From positions 2,046,001-2,110,000 of the forward strand of contig JAQGDQ010000004.1 in assembly GCA_030141605.1 (NCBI GenBank): a stretch of DNA of 64,000 nucleotides, in the 5' to 3' direction. Position numbers and translations under genes: made by a program. How positions within the stretch are numbered: the first letter of the stretch is position 1; the number at the start of each line of letters is the position of its first letter. The notes under the pieces are model-generated. The model made no database searches, was not told the DNA's origin, and saw only the letters and a program-made list of their open reading frames with translations. The stretch is from Tubiluchus corallicola (Eukaryota > Animalia > Priapulida). This document shows, one piece after another, positions 49,094-61,900 of this stretch.

Positions 49094-52000
49094 TTACACA
49101 ATTTCAAATGACGGTCTGTTGTTTCGCTCAAAATTGTGACGTGAACGGACAGCTTTAGGTTTTCCTTTTAGCACAGGGACAGCAAGGAGAAGGACGGCTG
49201 CCATTGCCTGCAATGTACCACTCAGGTAAAAAGGAACCCGGTAGTTACCATATTTGCCCACTAACCAGCCTAAAACATCCATGAAACAAGATAATGCATT
49301 ATTTGTAATTACATTACGCATGGCAAACTTGTGACTTAACTGTCAGATGGTTATGGTATTGTTACTGTTTGGCAGGGTTGCCGTTTATACGGTAATTATC
49401 GGAACATACGATAATTTCAGGTTGTATACAGTACGAAAAAGTGACTATATTATAATCGATAATGATGCCATAATTTAATAATATGAAACAAAAAACAAAA
49501 GTGTGAAAAAATTGCGCACTGAAAACATTTAGAATGTTATTACTAATCAGTGGAAAGTAAATAAAATTTACTGCGTGCTGAGCACAGTTTCTTGAAAAAA
49601 CAACAACTTCAAAAAAGAATGCTCATCATGACGACGATAAGGCTTGATTCTGCACTTGCAAAATTTAACGACGTTTCACTGCGTTATCACAAATTTAATT
49701 GTGTTTATCACAATGTTGAAGCCGCTTTTTTATGTTAGAGTTACTAATTAAGTGCATAGTGATTATTAGTAATTATACAATAATGTCCTGCTCCAACACA
49801 ATAATTTGGGGTTTTGACAATTTGGCGAAAAATATCACAATTTGACGGAAAATAAGATAATTTTTAACCTCATATACGATAATCAACATCGTGCAAAACG
49901 GCAACCCTGCTGTTTGGCATACTGCAAGTCAGCCAATGTAGGAAGGTTTGGTACAAGTCAGTTTGGTACAGGTAAGTTGGTATAAGTAAAATCGATATGA
50001 AGAAAGTTTGGCACTGGTAAAATTTGGTACTAGGAATCTTTAGTATGTGGTAATTGTGGTACAGGTATATTTGGTACTATTATCTTTAGGTACAAGGAAT
50101 TTTTGAACGAGGAAAATCTAGTATGGGAAATGTTAGTTACGAGGACAATGATTATATTGGATTATTTAGTACTAAAAATATTGTTTAGTACAAGGAAGTA
50201 TTGGTATTAAAAAAGTATGGTACGAGGAAAATTTCATAATAGGAAAGTTTGGTACTGGAAAATTTGGTAATTAGGGAAGTTTCCCTGTAGGGAAACTTAT
50301 CACTAGGGAGGAAATTTGGTACTAAAAAGTTTGGTTTATTATATTAAAAAGCTGATAAAACATAATAACATATAGTGTGTGGCAGCTAAAATTTTATCAA
50401 TGATCATCCTACCCATGTCATGTAGATACATTCGAGAATTCTTTCAGCAATACTTTAAAGGTCTCCAACTCACTTTTTAAACATTGCCAGAACCAAATTT
50501 ACCTGTACCAAACTTACCGTGCACACAAACGAGCATCCTTTACTCATTGGCAGGTCCTACTTATTATTTCCAAGTTACTAGTAGGATGGAGACCCAGCTG
50601 ATGACCAAGGATATCCGTCTAAGGCAAATCGTCACATTTAGATTAATATAAATCTTCTAAAGGGATTATGGCAGATGTCTGGAAGCGATTTTCTGGTAGT
50701 CACCCATCATTTACTAGCAACGTCTAATATTGATTACATTTGGTCGTCAAACCCACATACTTTCACTCATAAGCTGACACAACTCCACTATTTTCCTTGA
50801 GTAATTGCCTGTACTATCAAACCATTATTCTTTTTTCTTTATATCATTATATCTTTCGCTAGCAGATATGTAAAGTAAAACTGATATTCCTGTTATCTCT
50901 ATAGTTTTTAACCTAGGTTTATTTAGTTGACCTTTCTGGGCCAATTGGCCGTACGGTTTGGATAAACCTCCTACAATTACAACATCTGCATTTAAAATTT
51001 AATAAAAAGTGAGTACTGGATTCTAGATTTTTAGTTTGAATACCTTCCAGAATTTACCTGAAATTGGTGGCCCAGCAAGGTAACCCACACCATGGAAGAC
51101 CAACACGAAACCAAGCACGTTTGACAAGTTATCCACTCCAAATACCTCCACAAAAGTATTGCCTAAATTTCCTATTTGCAAACCAAAACATAGGCCATAT
51201 AATCCCATAAACGCTGCATAAAACTGCCACGTCAGACCTTCTAGGACAAGTAAGATCACAAATAATGTCCCTAGTGCTAGAGATATCCAGTACACATAAA
51301 AAGCACTAATGCGAGGATGTTGAACTACCAAGCCACCCACTACTCTTGCAAAAGTGTTCATCAGCCCCCACATGCTAACCGATAATGCAGCTTTTTCAAA
51401 ACTTATTCTCTGTGTGGTTAGATACTTGGGAACAAGAACCATAACAGTCCCACAAGCATAGTTAAAGAGCACAGCACATGCCCCGAAGAGGTAAATACGT
51501 ATGTCATGTAACATGGGCAGAAGTTGTTTGAAGTCGACATGCTGTGTTGACACCTTGTCAAATGGCCGTTGAAGGGCACCCATCACACACATGTTAAGTG
51601 AGATAGCTGAAGAGATTAGCAAAGAACCTCTCCACGTGTATTCGTCTATTAGCAACTGAACGACCCTGCCCATGACTAGCGTACCAACTCCCACTCCAGC
51701 GGCTGCTAGCGAAAGTGCAAAGAAACGCCATTTCAAGAAATAAGAACTGACCAGAGTATAGCTTGTGGTAAATGCTATGCCGTACGCTCCACCTAGAAAA
51801 ACAATGAAAAGAAATAAAACTCTGTGGTTGAGATTGCATTGTAGGAACGTTGTGTAGTGAGTTATGGCAATAACGTAGGCTATTATCAGCTTGTCAATTC
51901 ACCAAAGTGATAACTTATCACATTTGTCCAGAATAATACAAAAATGTTCATACCAATTAGTAATAACAATATAACCAGACCAGAAATGTTTTACCTGTTA

Positions 52001-52719
52001 TGACACCAAACGTCACCAATAAGTGGTATATGTTTGTTGCCAATGAGCCTAAACCAAGGCCTAAGGAAGAAATTATGCTACATGTGATGACAACAGCTCT
52101 GGTACCAAACCTCTGTCCAAGAATGGATGACAGTGGACCTAGAACAGTGACAATATATTTTAAATATTAAAACTAACTGACATCCAAATTCTGAATAATA
52201 GAACTACATCATTCGTGACCTGTAATCAAATGATCCAAGAAGTAACGTTTTTGAAAAGGACACTTATTGGTCAGAGGAACAGTCCTCTAGCAAAAATACT
52301 GCGAGCAGCTATATTATTCCTGCCGGAATTTTACTCTTTAAAATTACTTAAAGGTGTATACTGATTTCTTGTCATAAGCTGTAGCCAGCATATAGCTTAT
52401 ATTGACATCAAATGTGGAGCAACTGTGCCAATATAGCAATCTATGCAGTAATTACAATTTACTGGGTAATATTGCTAACATTTCTAGAGCATGATACTGA
52501 TATTCATTTAATTATACCCATTCCGAAAACGAAAGCAACAGCCACAGAACCAACACACGCAGTCAGAGTTCGCCCTCCGCCAAGGTCATTCAACAATACG
52601 ACATAGTAGACGCCATAGGTGAAAACTGTTCCATATATGATGACCTGATTTAGAAACGATGCCAAAAGAACAAACCATGCCCATCCACGATCAACTGATG
52701 TTGATGTGGCTTGCACCAT
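49094..52719 (-). CDS. Monocarboxylate transporter family (SLC16/MCT, MFS) protein, ~418 aa
   Basis: Exons 52719-52518, 52138-51995, 51792-51058 and 49269-49094 have GT-AG junctions, all phase 1, total 1257 nt. N-terminal SLC16 signature DRGWAWFVLLASF. Also GPLSSILGQRFGTR, YFLKWRFFALSLAAAGVGVG, YTWRGSLLI, GYLAGPPISGWL..YGNY..PFY. A 5'-UTR intron acceptor precedes the ATG exon near 52771. Subfamily not assignable. Confidence 0.92.
49373..49909. mobile_element. hAT-type MITE in the last coding intron of the MCT gene
   Basis: TIRs CAGGGTTGCCGTTT and AAACGGCAACCCTG, with a perfect 8-bp TSD CTGTTTGG (49365-49372 and 49910-49917). Confidence 0.9.
49935..50524. mobile_element. Foldback-like MITE built of ~15-16-bp AAATTTGGTACAGG repeats
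   Basis: Many degenerate tandem units at 49940-50335 and inverted units (GAACCAAATTTACCTGTACCAAACTTACCG) at ~50490-50520. Confidence 0.6.
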
Positions 52720-55700
52720 TGTGCTGCTTGTTAAGCGTATTTAGGCTATCATAACCTACCGCACCAATACCTGTGAGAAAACAGAAACTTTAGTAAAAAT
52801 TTGTTCATTTAGTTGCAATGTGTTAATACTTCTATGTCACATCTTCTAGCGATTAACGTTTGCAGGGACTAGGGAGCAAGAAATAGCAGCAAAAGCTAAG
52901 GTACTGCTGCAACAGATAGGCCTTGGTTGCAGGGAGATCATAAGATGCAGCAGTAACTGCTCATCAAGATGCAACAGCATGCCAGCATCAGAGTAACGTG
53001 CACATCGGAATCTGACCTTCTATGTCGCTTTGTAGTTGTTCCTGCCACACAAAAGAACTCGGCATCAACTCATTTCTAATTCAAGCACTTCATTTCCTTC
53101 AAGTTATAACAACTTTCAATTTATACCAAACAATTATGCAAACGCACATCATAACTTAGTAGTTTTTTATTTTTTAACAGTAACAATGAAGCGATCAGAG
53201 CTGCTGTTACTTGCATTGATCAATGCCGTGAATTAGATTGTCACGTGATTATTGATCGTAGTTACCTGTATAAGATCTACTGAAGGAGAACGTTCATTTT
53301 AAAAATGACTTTCTTACTTTCAAATATTGAACGGTTCTATTGGTCATAGCCTAGTGCACTTTCGAATCCTATGCACAATATAAATGTGAGGCTTCAAACG
53401 CTAGGCGTATGTGTAGATTTGGTAATGTTAATATTATGTAAATGAGGCTTCGGTGTAGCTTATTTTGTACACGAATGCCGATCAATACAATACGTACACG
53501 TTATACGCTAGGTGTATACACATACTTCGTGTCTATTTTAGCTTATACTTACATTAGCTGCCTTATTATAACCTGAATTACCGGAATTAAGAATTGATAA
53601 GTATATTTAACGAACAGAACCGTACACATTATTCATCAAGGGTTTCTGCATAGCACCCAAAATTCAGACTTCTTCGCCGTTTTTGAAAGTTCTTTATAGC
53701 ATTCTTTATCCCATTTCTCCCTTTAGAACTCTCTTCCTTTCCCTAATAGCGTCTTTCTTTTTTCATCCTCTCTCTCGCCTTTTCTCGTCTCCTGTCTTTA
53801 CTTTCTCTCTCCTATATGAAATTGTTTACCAAAATGCAATTTTTAATTTCTAGAAAAAATATTTTGAGATGTTTAATTGTGTATGTTAAGTATTTCAAGA
53901 TATCGCTTTGTAACTTTTGGTGATCCTATTGGCTGTTAAAGAATTAATTTTCTACATGATGTTATATAAATGGAAATAGTAATAATTTTGGACCAAAGAA
54001 TATAAAGTAAAACAATATGAAATAATCTAAAGTATATAAAATATTGAAAGAACAAAATAACGTTTTCAAACACGATTTACATTAAAGAACTATTCCACCA
54101 AAGCCTAATTGCTCCAATTTTTCTACGTTGGACGCTCTCGGACGTACATACTTGCACAAAAAATAGGCGATTAAAATGTATTTAATCAACAGAACTCATC
54201 TCAATTATGATGTCAAGGCAGCATCGTGTTAATACAGGGATGAACACTAAACTGAAACCGTGAACTTAAAACTTGACGAATATTTTATAGTTTCTTTAAG
54301 ACGTAATAGCACTAGCACTATATTTAATTTTCATTCTTGTAAACATTCATTTGAACGACTCTCTTCATGGATGACTCCTTTCGCAACTTTGCGCAACTAC
54401 AACGTAATCGTTAACTGCTCTTATCAATTATTATAAAATATATTGATAATTAATGGTGATAATATAGTAAATAGACTTGTTTAAATATATTGTATATCGG
54501 TATCAGTTTGTGAATTAATTTTTGTATACTTGATACGCCTATTTCACAATCATTTTTCTGAATTTCTGCTATTGTATTTTTCCGTAGGCTCGACATGTCT
54601 CTTTTATATACCTTCAATACGTTATATGCACATCCCGTATACCTTTAATACGTTATTGTTGATAAAGCTCAGCATACCACACCTCTTAAATTGCAGTCAA
54701 AGAGCCACATAGCGGCTCCAATTATAAAGATGTTTTTTATGAGCGAGTCCAGAACAGTTTGAATTTATTTTATTGTTGCTATTTTTTAACATTTATCTGC
54801 AACTACTAATATTGATGACTTTTGCATGTAAGTTGGACTTTTATCTAACTATACACAACTGTGGAATCGCAAATTAGTGTAACCTGCGGCAATGCCTGTT
54901 AAGCAAAGAAAGCTATTGATATTTTGCAAGACATGTTACGCACTTTACTGATGAATTTCACTCCACTTCTATTTTGGGAGTTACACCTTTAATTACTTGC
55001 CTACACTTAACATTTTAGCACAAGAACAAAAGTATTCATTGTTGCACCCTCTTGGACAATAGCACAGTTGCCAAGTTGATAACTTATGTACAAGATGACA
55101 AAGGTTTTGACGTTCAAATTAGTTAAGTGACGTGATCTAGTTCGACAAGATGGGTAGCTCAAACCAAACCTGCATATTCGGAGTTTGACAAAAAAGTTTT
55201 TTCGTTTGCCTCGCACTACAAGTCTTCAGACTTCTGTTAATGCTCCAAATGCCCACACATTTTTCATGATATTAATCAGCATGATGCAGCATCCTATGAT
55301 ACTTGTTACCATTCACTTCTTCTTACCATTATAATTGTAATCCTACAGCACGCACATTTTCAAGTTTGCATTTTACATTAACTAAGTAAACGACGCAAGT
55401 TGAACCTGTTTTTTTTACAAAGACACCTTCAGCTGCAAAAACCTGTTTAATGTCGGTGTTTTGGCAAAGTTTCCACTCACGCATTTCAAGGGAGCCGCGC
55501 CCTTTTACCGTTTGCACACGTGAACTTGAACATGAAATACCTAACGGAACATTGTTGTTTAGAGAACTGTGTCTTTTCATTTTTATGTTCGTTTTATCTA
55601 ACCATACAAAGGCAATGCATTCCGTTAACAGTTTACCGTCGTAATTAAATTAATCGTATGTAATTGATTAAATTAACTGCAGCGCGTGTAACTAGATTAC

Positions 55701-58183
55701 ATCGAAAAAAAGTAAACAAATACCAGAAAATTTTGTAGAAGTTTTATAAAGGGAAATTTACTCTGAGCGACATACTCTGTGAGTTAACTAATAAAAATAA
55801 GTTTTTTTATCTAGCGCAGTTTTTTAAGCTTTGTCAATTGAACTGATGCCAAAGGTCATTTAAAGTCTTTAATGTCACACCAGGCAAAAACCAGGATCAA
55901 CTTACATATGAGCATTAAACTAGTTTCAGAGAATTTTTTTGTTACAGCTTGAAAACGTCCACTTAATTAAATTGTCAAGTTGGTGTACATACTTATAATA
56001 GCATGCGTTTAGTTAATTATCTTGGAGCCACCAGGAAAGGTCATTTAATTTTTGTATACTGAGCACGTATTCGGAAATCATGACATTTTTAACAATTTGA
56101 GTATGTCTGTCAGTAAGAGTTACTTTTACGAGTTTGCAACTAACATACTCCGTGATGACGATTTTTAGTAATCGTTGAAGTCACTGAAGGTCTTAAGCAC
56201 AGTATAAATTAATGGATTTCATCTAATTTTATTATGCTCCTTCGTGTGATGGAAGGGGTTGACCGTTGAGGAGGGCGCGCTAAAAATACTCTTGCCTAGA
56301 GTGTCAAACTACCTAAAGCCGGTCCTGGCTGTATTGACACTTATTCTTTTTATGATGTAGTAGATATTGCTAAAATAAAACGCTAAACTAGATCTGCGGA
56401 ATTTTCTGTTTCATTCATTTTATAAAATTATTATAACTAAAGTACGGAAAGTACAGAGTCATTTAACTGGGTTTAATTTTTGTATATTTGCATATGTTAA
56501 ATTTAGTGATGCGATTTAAAAGAAAATGTGAGAGCTAGGAAATTATAGTGAATCTTTCAAAATTTAATAAGCAAAAATAAAAACATCAGGTACAACATAA
56601 ATTTTATTGGGGCCCAAATGTCTCTTATCCAAGTGTTCCCATATCATAATGTCCCGTGCCTAAATGTCACATAGCCTAAATTAAACAGCTGTAATCAATT
56701 AACTAAAAAACAAATTGCACAGTTTTATGTGGTGAATCAAATTATCCTACCAAATTTCCACTCAGTTGTATCATGTATTTTAAGCAATTTACAATAAGTT
56801 AATTAACAACTATAGATAACTAATTGACCAATAATATTGACAAATTTCTAATTGCTGCAAATTTGAACGAAGGTCGTTCTAGCCAACTACTCTAGCAAAT
56901 TTCAACTCAATTAGATAAATTAAATAGCTCTTATTTAAATAACCAACTAGATAAATTAATTTCAATTTTCCTAGTTTGAATCAAGCACATCCTAGGCAAT
57001 CATACTACTTGATTAATTAATGCGAACATGCATTTTAAATCAATTTAAAATTAATTACGAAAACAGTTTTAATTAATTAACTAATAATTAACGAATGGTC
57101 ACAAATTTTTGGTTTTGAACCAAGACAGCTATCACCACACAAAATTTCACCTCAGCTGGTAAACACTTTTGGATATATTTTAACTCATTTGAGTTAAAAT
57201 GTCGAAAAAAGTTGAAAAGTTGACGGCATGAATGGCTACATGAGTTCCCCAGGCAACACTGACCACAATTATGGTGATACAATATTGCCATAATATTGTC
57301 ACCAGATTACTACAATACTTACATTACTGTATCTTTTGGGAATATGTGGACACCATATGGTTGAAAATTGGTGGAATTACATTTTCCTAATATTGTATTA
57401 ACCATGTTCCTAACCTTTATACTTTAGTAACTTGTGTGAATTATTGTACAAGCCATTCTTGTTTCAAAATCCTACCCTCCCTGACAAAATTTTAATATGC
57501 ATTAATGCCCTATGTGCTGCAGTTAGAAATAAGAAGAATACCTGGTAAGATGTGTATACTGTACATGTTTACGTGGTGAAAATAATGTTTACAGAATATG
57601 CAAAAACATGAGGCTAAAGAGTAATTATAGTTTTTTATAGGTTTCGCTGTTGCTCAGTGTGCTGATTCGTTATAACTCTCATACAAACTGTATTCAGAAC
57701 AAAGACCGTAAATTAAAAACAATAATAGGTACAAAGTTTCCTATTATTTTACAATAAAAACAATATAAATGTGATTGTAGTGTCCATTGTATACATGCTA
57801 TTAACAAAGTATTAGCAAAGTAGTAACATTAGGGGCTACGCCAAACATAAATCTGCATAATACGTCAATCATAAATCTATGTAATTTAGCAGCTTTAACT
57901 TATAGAAAATGTAGAAATGTATGAAATGTAGAACATGTTACTATAATCATGATTCGGTTTAATGTCAAGACTTAGTAACTTTCTCGACTGCGAACTAACA
58001 ACTAGTTTTTATAATAAATAGATATATGACGATATTTTCAAAAGGAACAATTTCAAAACCATTTTGAAATTTTACACAACTTTTTCTTTATAATATTATT
58101 CAACTGTTCCATCAGAACGATATAATTTTCTGCTTCGCATTGCAGTCTCGTATTTCATGCTAATTTACCATTATACTTGTAAG

Positions 58184-58554
58184 TAGGGGTGAGCATTCTC
58201 TACCAGAATGCGAACTCGAATCGAATTTGTGACTTTCGAAATCGAATCGAACCGAATTTCTGTATTTCGAATTCGAATCAAATTCGAGTTGAGTCTGAAA
58301 GATAAACGAACAAGTTTTTGAACCCTAAGTAAAAATGATCTTACAAAGATCATGCATATTATTTGATTTTGTTCTGCAGTAAAACCACTATTAGTTTATA
58401 TTATTAAAAATTTTGAAAAGAAACTGTAGCTAAATTGTGCTATTTGCACGCTGAATCAAACATTTTAACGATAAAGAACATTATGTGGCTGAAGTGCTGA
58501 ATTATTCGAATTGAATTCGAACTAAAAAACTGGAAAGTTCGATTCTCACCCCTA
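58184..58554. mobile_element. hAT-type MITE
   Basis: TIRs TAGGGGTGAG and CTCACCCCTA. 8-bp TSD CTTGTAAG / TTTGTAAG (7/8 match). Subterminal TTCGAA/CGAAT repeats. Confidence 0.85.
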
Positions 58555-59271
58555 TTTGTAAGTTGTAATGTATCTGAACAATAAACGAAATTGAATTAGT
58601 TTATAGTTTATTTTGTATCCAAAATGCCAGTAAGTCCAACATTGTTATAGAAACTGTTACTGCAACAAATAAACAAAATTTAAATTCAACATAAATTGAT
58701 TGCTCAGGCCAAGAAGGTAAACTTATACAGGACTGAGCTGAAAGCATAATGGAAAGAGAAGGTGTAAAACGGTGCAGGGGAAAAAAGAAAAAATGAAATA
58801 CAAGGGTGGTAATAAGGGTAAGGAAATGACAATGAAGAGTTAATGAGATGATGATGAAAATGAAGATTAGATTCACAGTGAGAACGTGAACAGAAACAAA
58901 TTAATCAGCCGAGTTCACTGCAAAAATCAGTAGCAGTCATGCCAGGACAACAACCTTTGCACTTCTTCTATACTTCTTCTATACAATTAAAGAATTGAAT
59001 TGAAGCAAGTGTCTGCATGAACGCAACCGCTAGAAGAGTCCGCAGCTAAGGCGCGACTTCATCCAACTGCTACGTGGTGCGTCTTGTTCTATTAGCGCTC
59101 ATGTTGGACTTGAATGAATACAGTTTTAAAGTAATTAAGTTTAAATTTATCAGTTATTTTTATCCTTGTGGCAATAAGGTATCTCTCATTGTATCTACTG
59201 GGATTCACGTAATCCTTAGCAGCAATGTAGCCAATTTACAGTCTTAAAGTGATATGCATACAAGCGTGCAC

Positions 59272-61047
59272 CTGGGGCGGATCCAGAATTTTTACTATTT
59301 TAGAAGGGGGCGCCGGAATGTCAAATAATGGAGTATCTGGTATACTACCGCAGAGTGGACGGGTGCCTTCGCCAAAGATGGGAGCCGGAGAGAGGCGTCT
59401 AGGGGGGTACTACCACATGATTTTTTGAAAATTTGGGTCCAGTTCCCTGCAATCTGAATCCAAAATAAGCAAGGACATAGCTCCATAACCCCTTGGGGAG
59501 CTACATACACGACAAATCTTAACCCTTTGCGTTGTCTTCGCTTATATTTCGGATTAAATAAATTCACTCCATTATTTAACTCTTTCTTTAAACAATGTAA
59601 GTCTTGATCTTGTCCCCAATGTAAGTCTCCATCTTGTCTATTGATGACATAGTGTTTCATAATATTACAGTTTTTTTGTATAAAACAAATAGGATAGCAA
59701 ATTATTACTCAAGTTCTTCACAAATCCTATCAAACTGAATGCAAGATTACATAATACACAATTTAATCAATACTTTCTTCCATATGTTCTTACGAATGTT
59801 GCTAAGCATCTCCTTTACTGGGCCATTAATTTGGAACTATCTTCCTAATCATATCAAATCAAAACATAGTATTTGTAAATGTAAGTGTCAAACTTTATTA
59901 ACGACCATAATTCAAACATAATCTGTAATGTTTCATATCGCACCCAAAAAAGGACAAGAATGAACTATACTCCATTACAAGAAGTAAAACAAACTTTGTA
60001 GATGGGTGGATATAATCTGACTCCTCTCACCATTTGCAGTTGTGTTTGCCTTGCTGATTTATTTACATTTATTACATTCTTAGCTCATGTGAATCTAATT
60101 TTTTACTTTTTTATTTTTTTTCTTCTCTCACTTTCATATTACATTTGTCATATCCTTTCACTTTTCATACTCGTTTTCTTCCCACTAACCATCTTTTATT
60201 CTTGCACCTACGTTTTCCTTTGTATTAGCCATGTTTGGCCTGACCTCTACAAGTTTTCTTTTTGGACAGCACCGATAATCCATTAATCAACTTTATTATT
60301 TACCTACTTGTTTCTTTTAATTTGGTATTTTGCATTTTCAGCATATTTATGTATTATATTGTCATGGCAAATGGAATAAAATAAACTAAACTAAATAAAC
60401 ATAACCAATCATTCCTTCAGTTTTGAGATGTAAGACTAGCTACTGAGAACGAATCCTCAAGTCGGATTTCTAGCTAATATTCATAGGGCCCAATTTTCGA
60501 AATATGACTTTGCTAAGCTGCACCTTTTTATTTTCTTACTTTTTGGTTAAGAGCTTCCACCAAATTTTGAGATTTCTTCACCCACTGCCTGAAATTTCTT
60601 CATTCTGAGATCTTTTTAATTTCCACATCGATTTTAAGTGTTACAATGAAGTGAGTGAAATGAATATTCGATTTTGGTGAATTCACTTGCTTTACATAAA
60701 CTACAGATTGAATGAAGATGAAAAATTTCTTTCATTCGCCCTCACACAGGGTGTTCATGGACTCGCCCAAAAAAGTAACAAAGTAACAGTTTCAGTTCCA
60801 GCGAATGGACAGTCAGCTTCATTCTCATTCAGTATCACTCAATTTCCTTGAGGGCGGCAGGGATTCCCAATTCATATAAATAAGAAGTGCACAGTCAACT
60901 AGTATAGCATGACAACAGTATACTGCACAGGCATGCATGGAAGCCTTTGCACTTCACACATGAACATCATGGATGTATTCTGAAATAAAATCATTTTGTC
61001 GTGGGAAAAATGGGAGGGGGTGCTGCACCCCACTAGATCCGCCTATG
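59272..61047. mobile_element. Possible old TIR element containing a LINE 3' end
   Basis: CTGGGGCGGATCCAG and CTAGATCCGCCTATG form imperfect TIRs with GC-rich subtermini. No clean TSD. Confidence 0.4.
59700..60400 (+). mobile_element. CR1/L2-type LINE 3' remnant
   Basis: SISFTGPLIWNYLPNHIK resembles the conserved ORF2 C-terminus (GP..WN.LP..IK). Ends in AATAAA plus (TAAAC)n at ~60375-60400. Confidence 0.6.
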
Positions 61048-61754
61048 TGCATATAACCCGTTAAAAGTAGGTTTATATTTTCATCAATAGTAGACTATTA
61101 GGCACTAGCATGATGACATTTCAGTTAAATGAACTCTGTTTTTGTGTTTTCTTTAGGCTTTTTTACAGCAGTGTTCCTGCTTTATTTCAATTGTTGTATG
61201 CACAACATTGCAGACATCTGCTTTGCTTATACAACGTTAAGGCTTTTCTTGTACACAAACAGTAAAAAATAACTTGTATTATGTCCATTGTAGGCTATAT
61301 TTTTGTTCACAAAATTATTGTAAATGTGTTATGTGAAATAAATGACTTATGACTTAACGTGATGTACCTCACTACACAGTCAAAACTGTGATGTTGTCTG
61401 TTAAATACTAGGAGCCCAGAATGTTTAATCAGACGAAGAAAGGCAAAACGTTTGACATGCTCATTTAGTAGCTCAAAGATGCTACTTCAAAGAACCAGAT
61501 TGCTGCCGACCTCTGGCCTGAACATTAAGGGGCTAGGGGGCCTTATTTATGCTCCCAAAAGTCATTTAATTAAACATAGATAGGCAAAGACCATTTCTCA
61601 TCCATACTGATTCCTAGTAAGCCAATATTTCAAAAATGCATATGACCTTGAACAGTGACCTTTAAGATGACCTAAAAAGTTGTCCTTTGTTTGTTCATTT
61701 GTTTGTTTGTCTGTTACTTATGAAAAACTTCAGTTCGTGAGTTACGATTATGAT

Positions 61755-61900
61755 TATGATTACCTCCGTCAAGCAGCTTGTATTCATCACCTTTGGTTTG
61801 TTACTTTGCTTGTTAACAGGATTACACAACAACTGTGTAACTGATTTTTTTGAATCTTTGTGGAAAAGTTGGGCATAGGTCATAAGCAAGATGAATTTGG
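61755..61900 (+). mobile_element. Helentron-associated (HINE-like) repeat fragment
   Basis: ATTACCTCCGTCAAG...TTGTTAACAGGATTACACAACAACT...TGTGGAAAAGTTGGGCAT resembles the typical 5' block of these elements; recognised from memory only. Confidence 0.45.
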
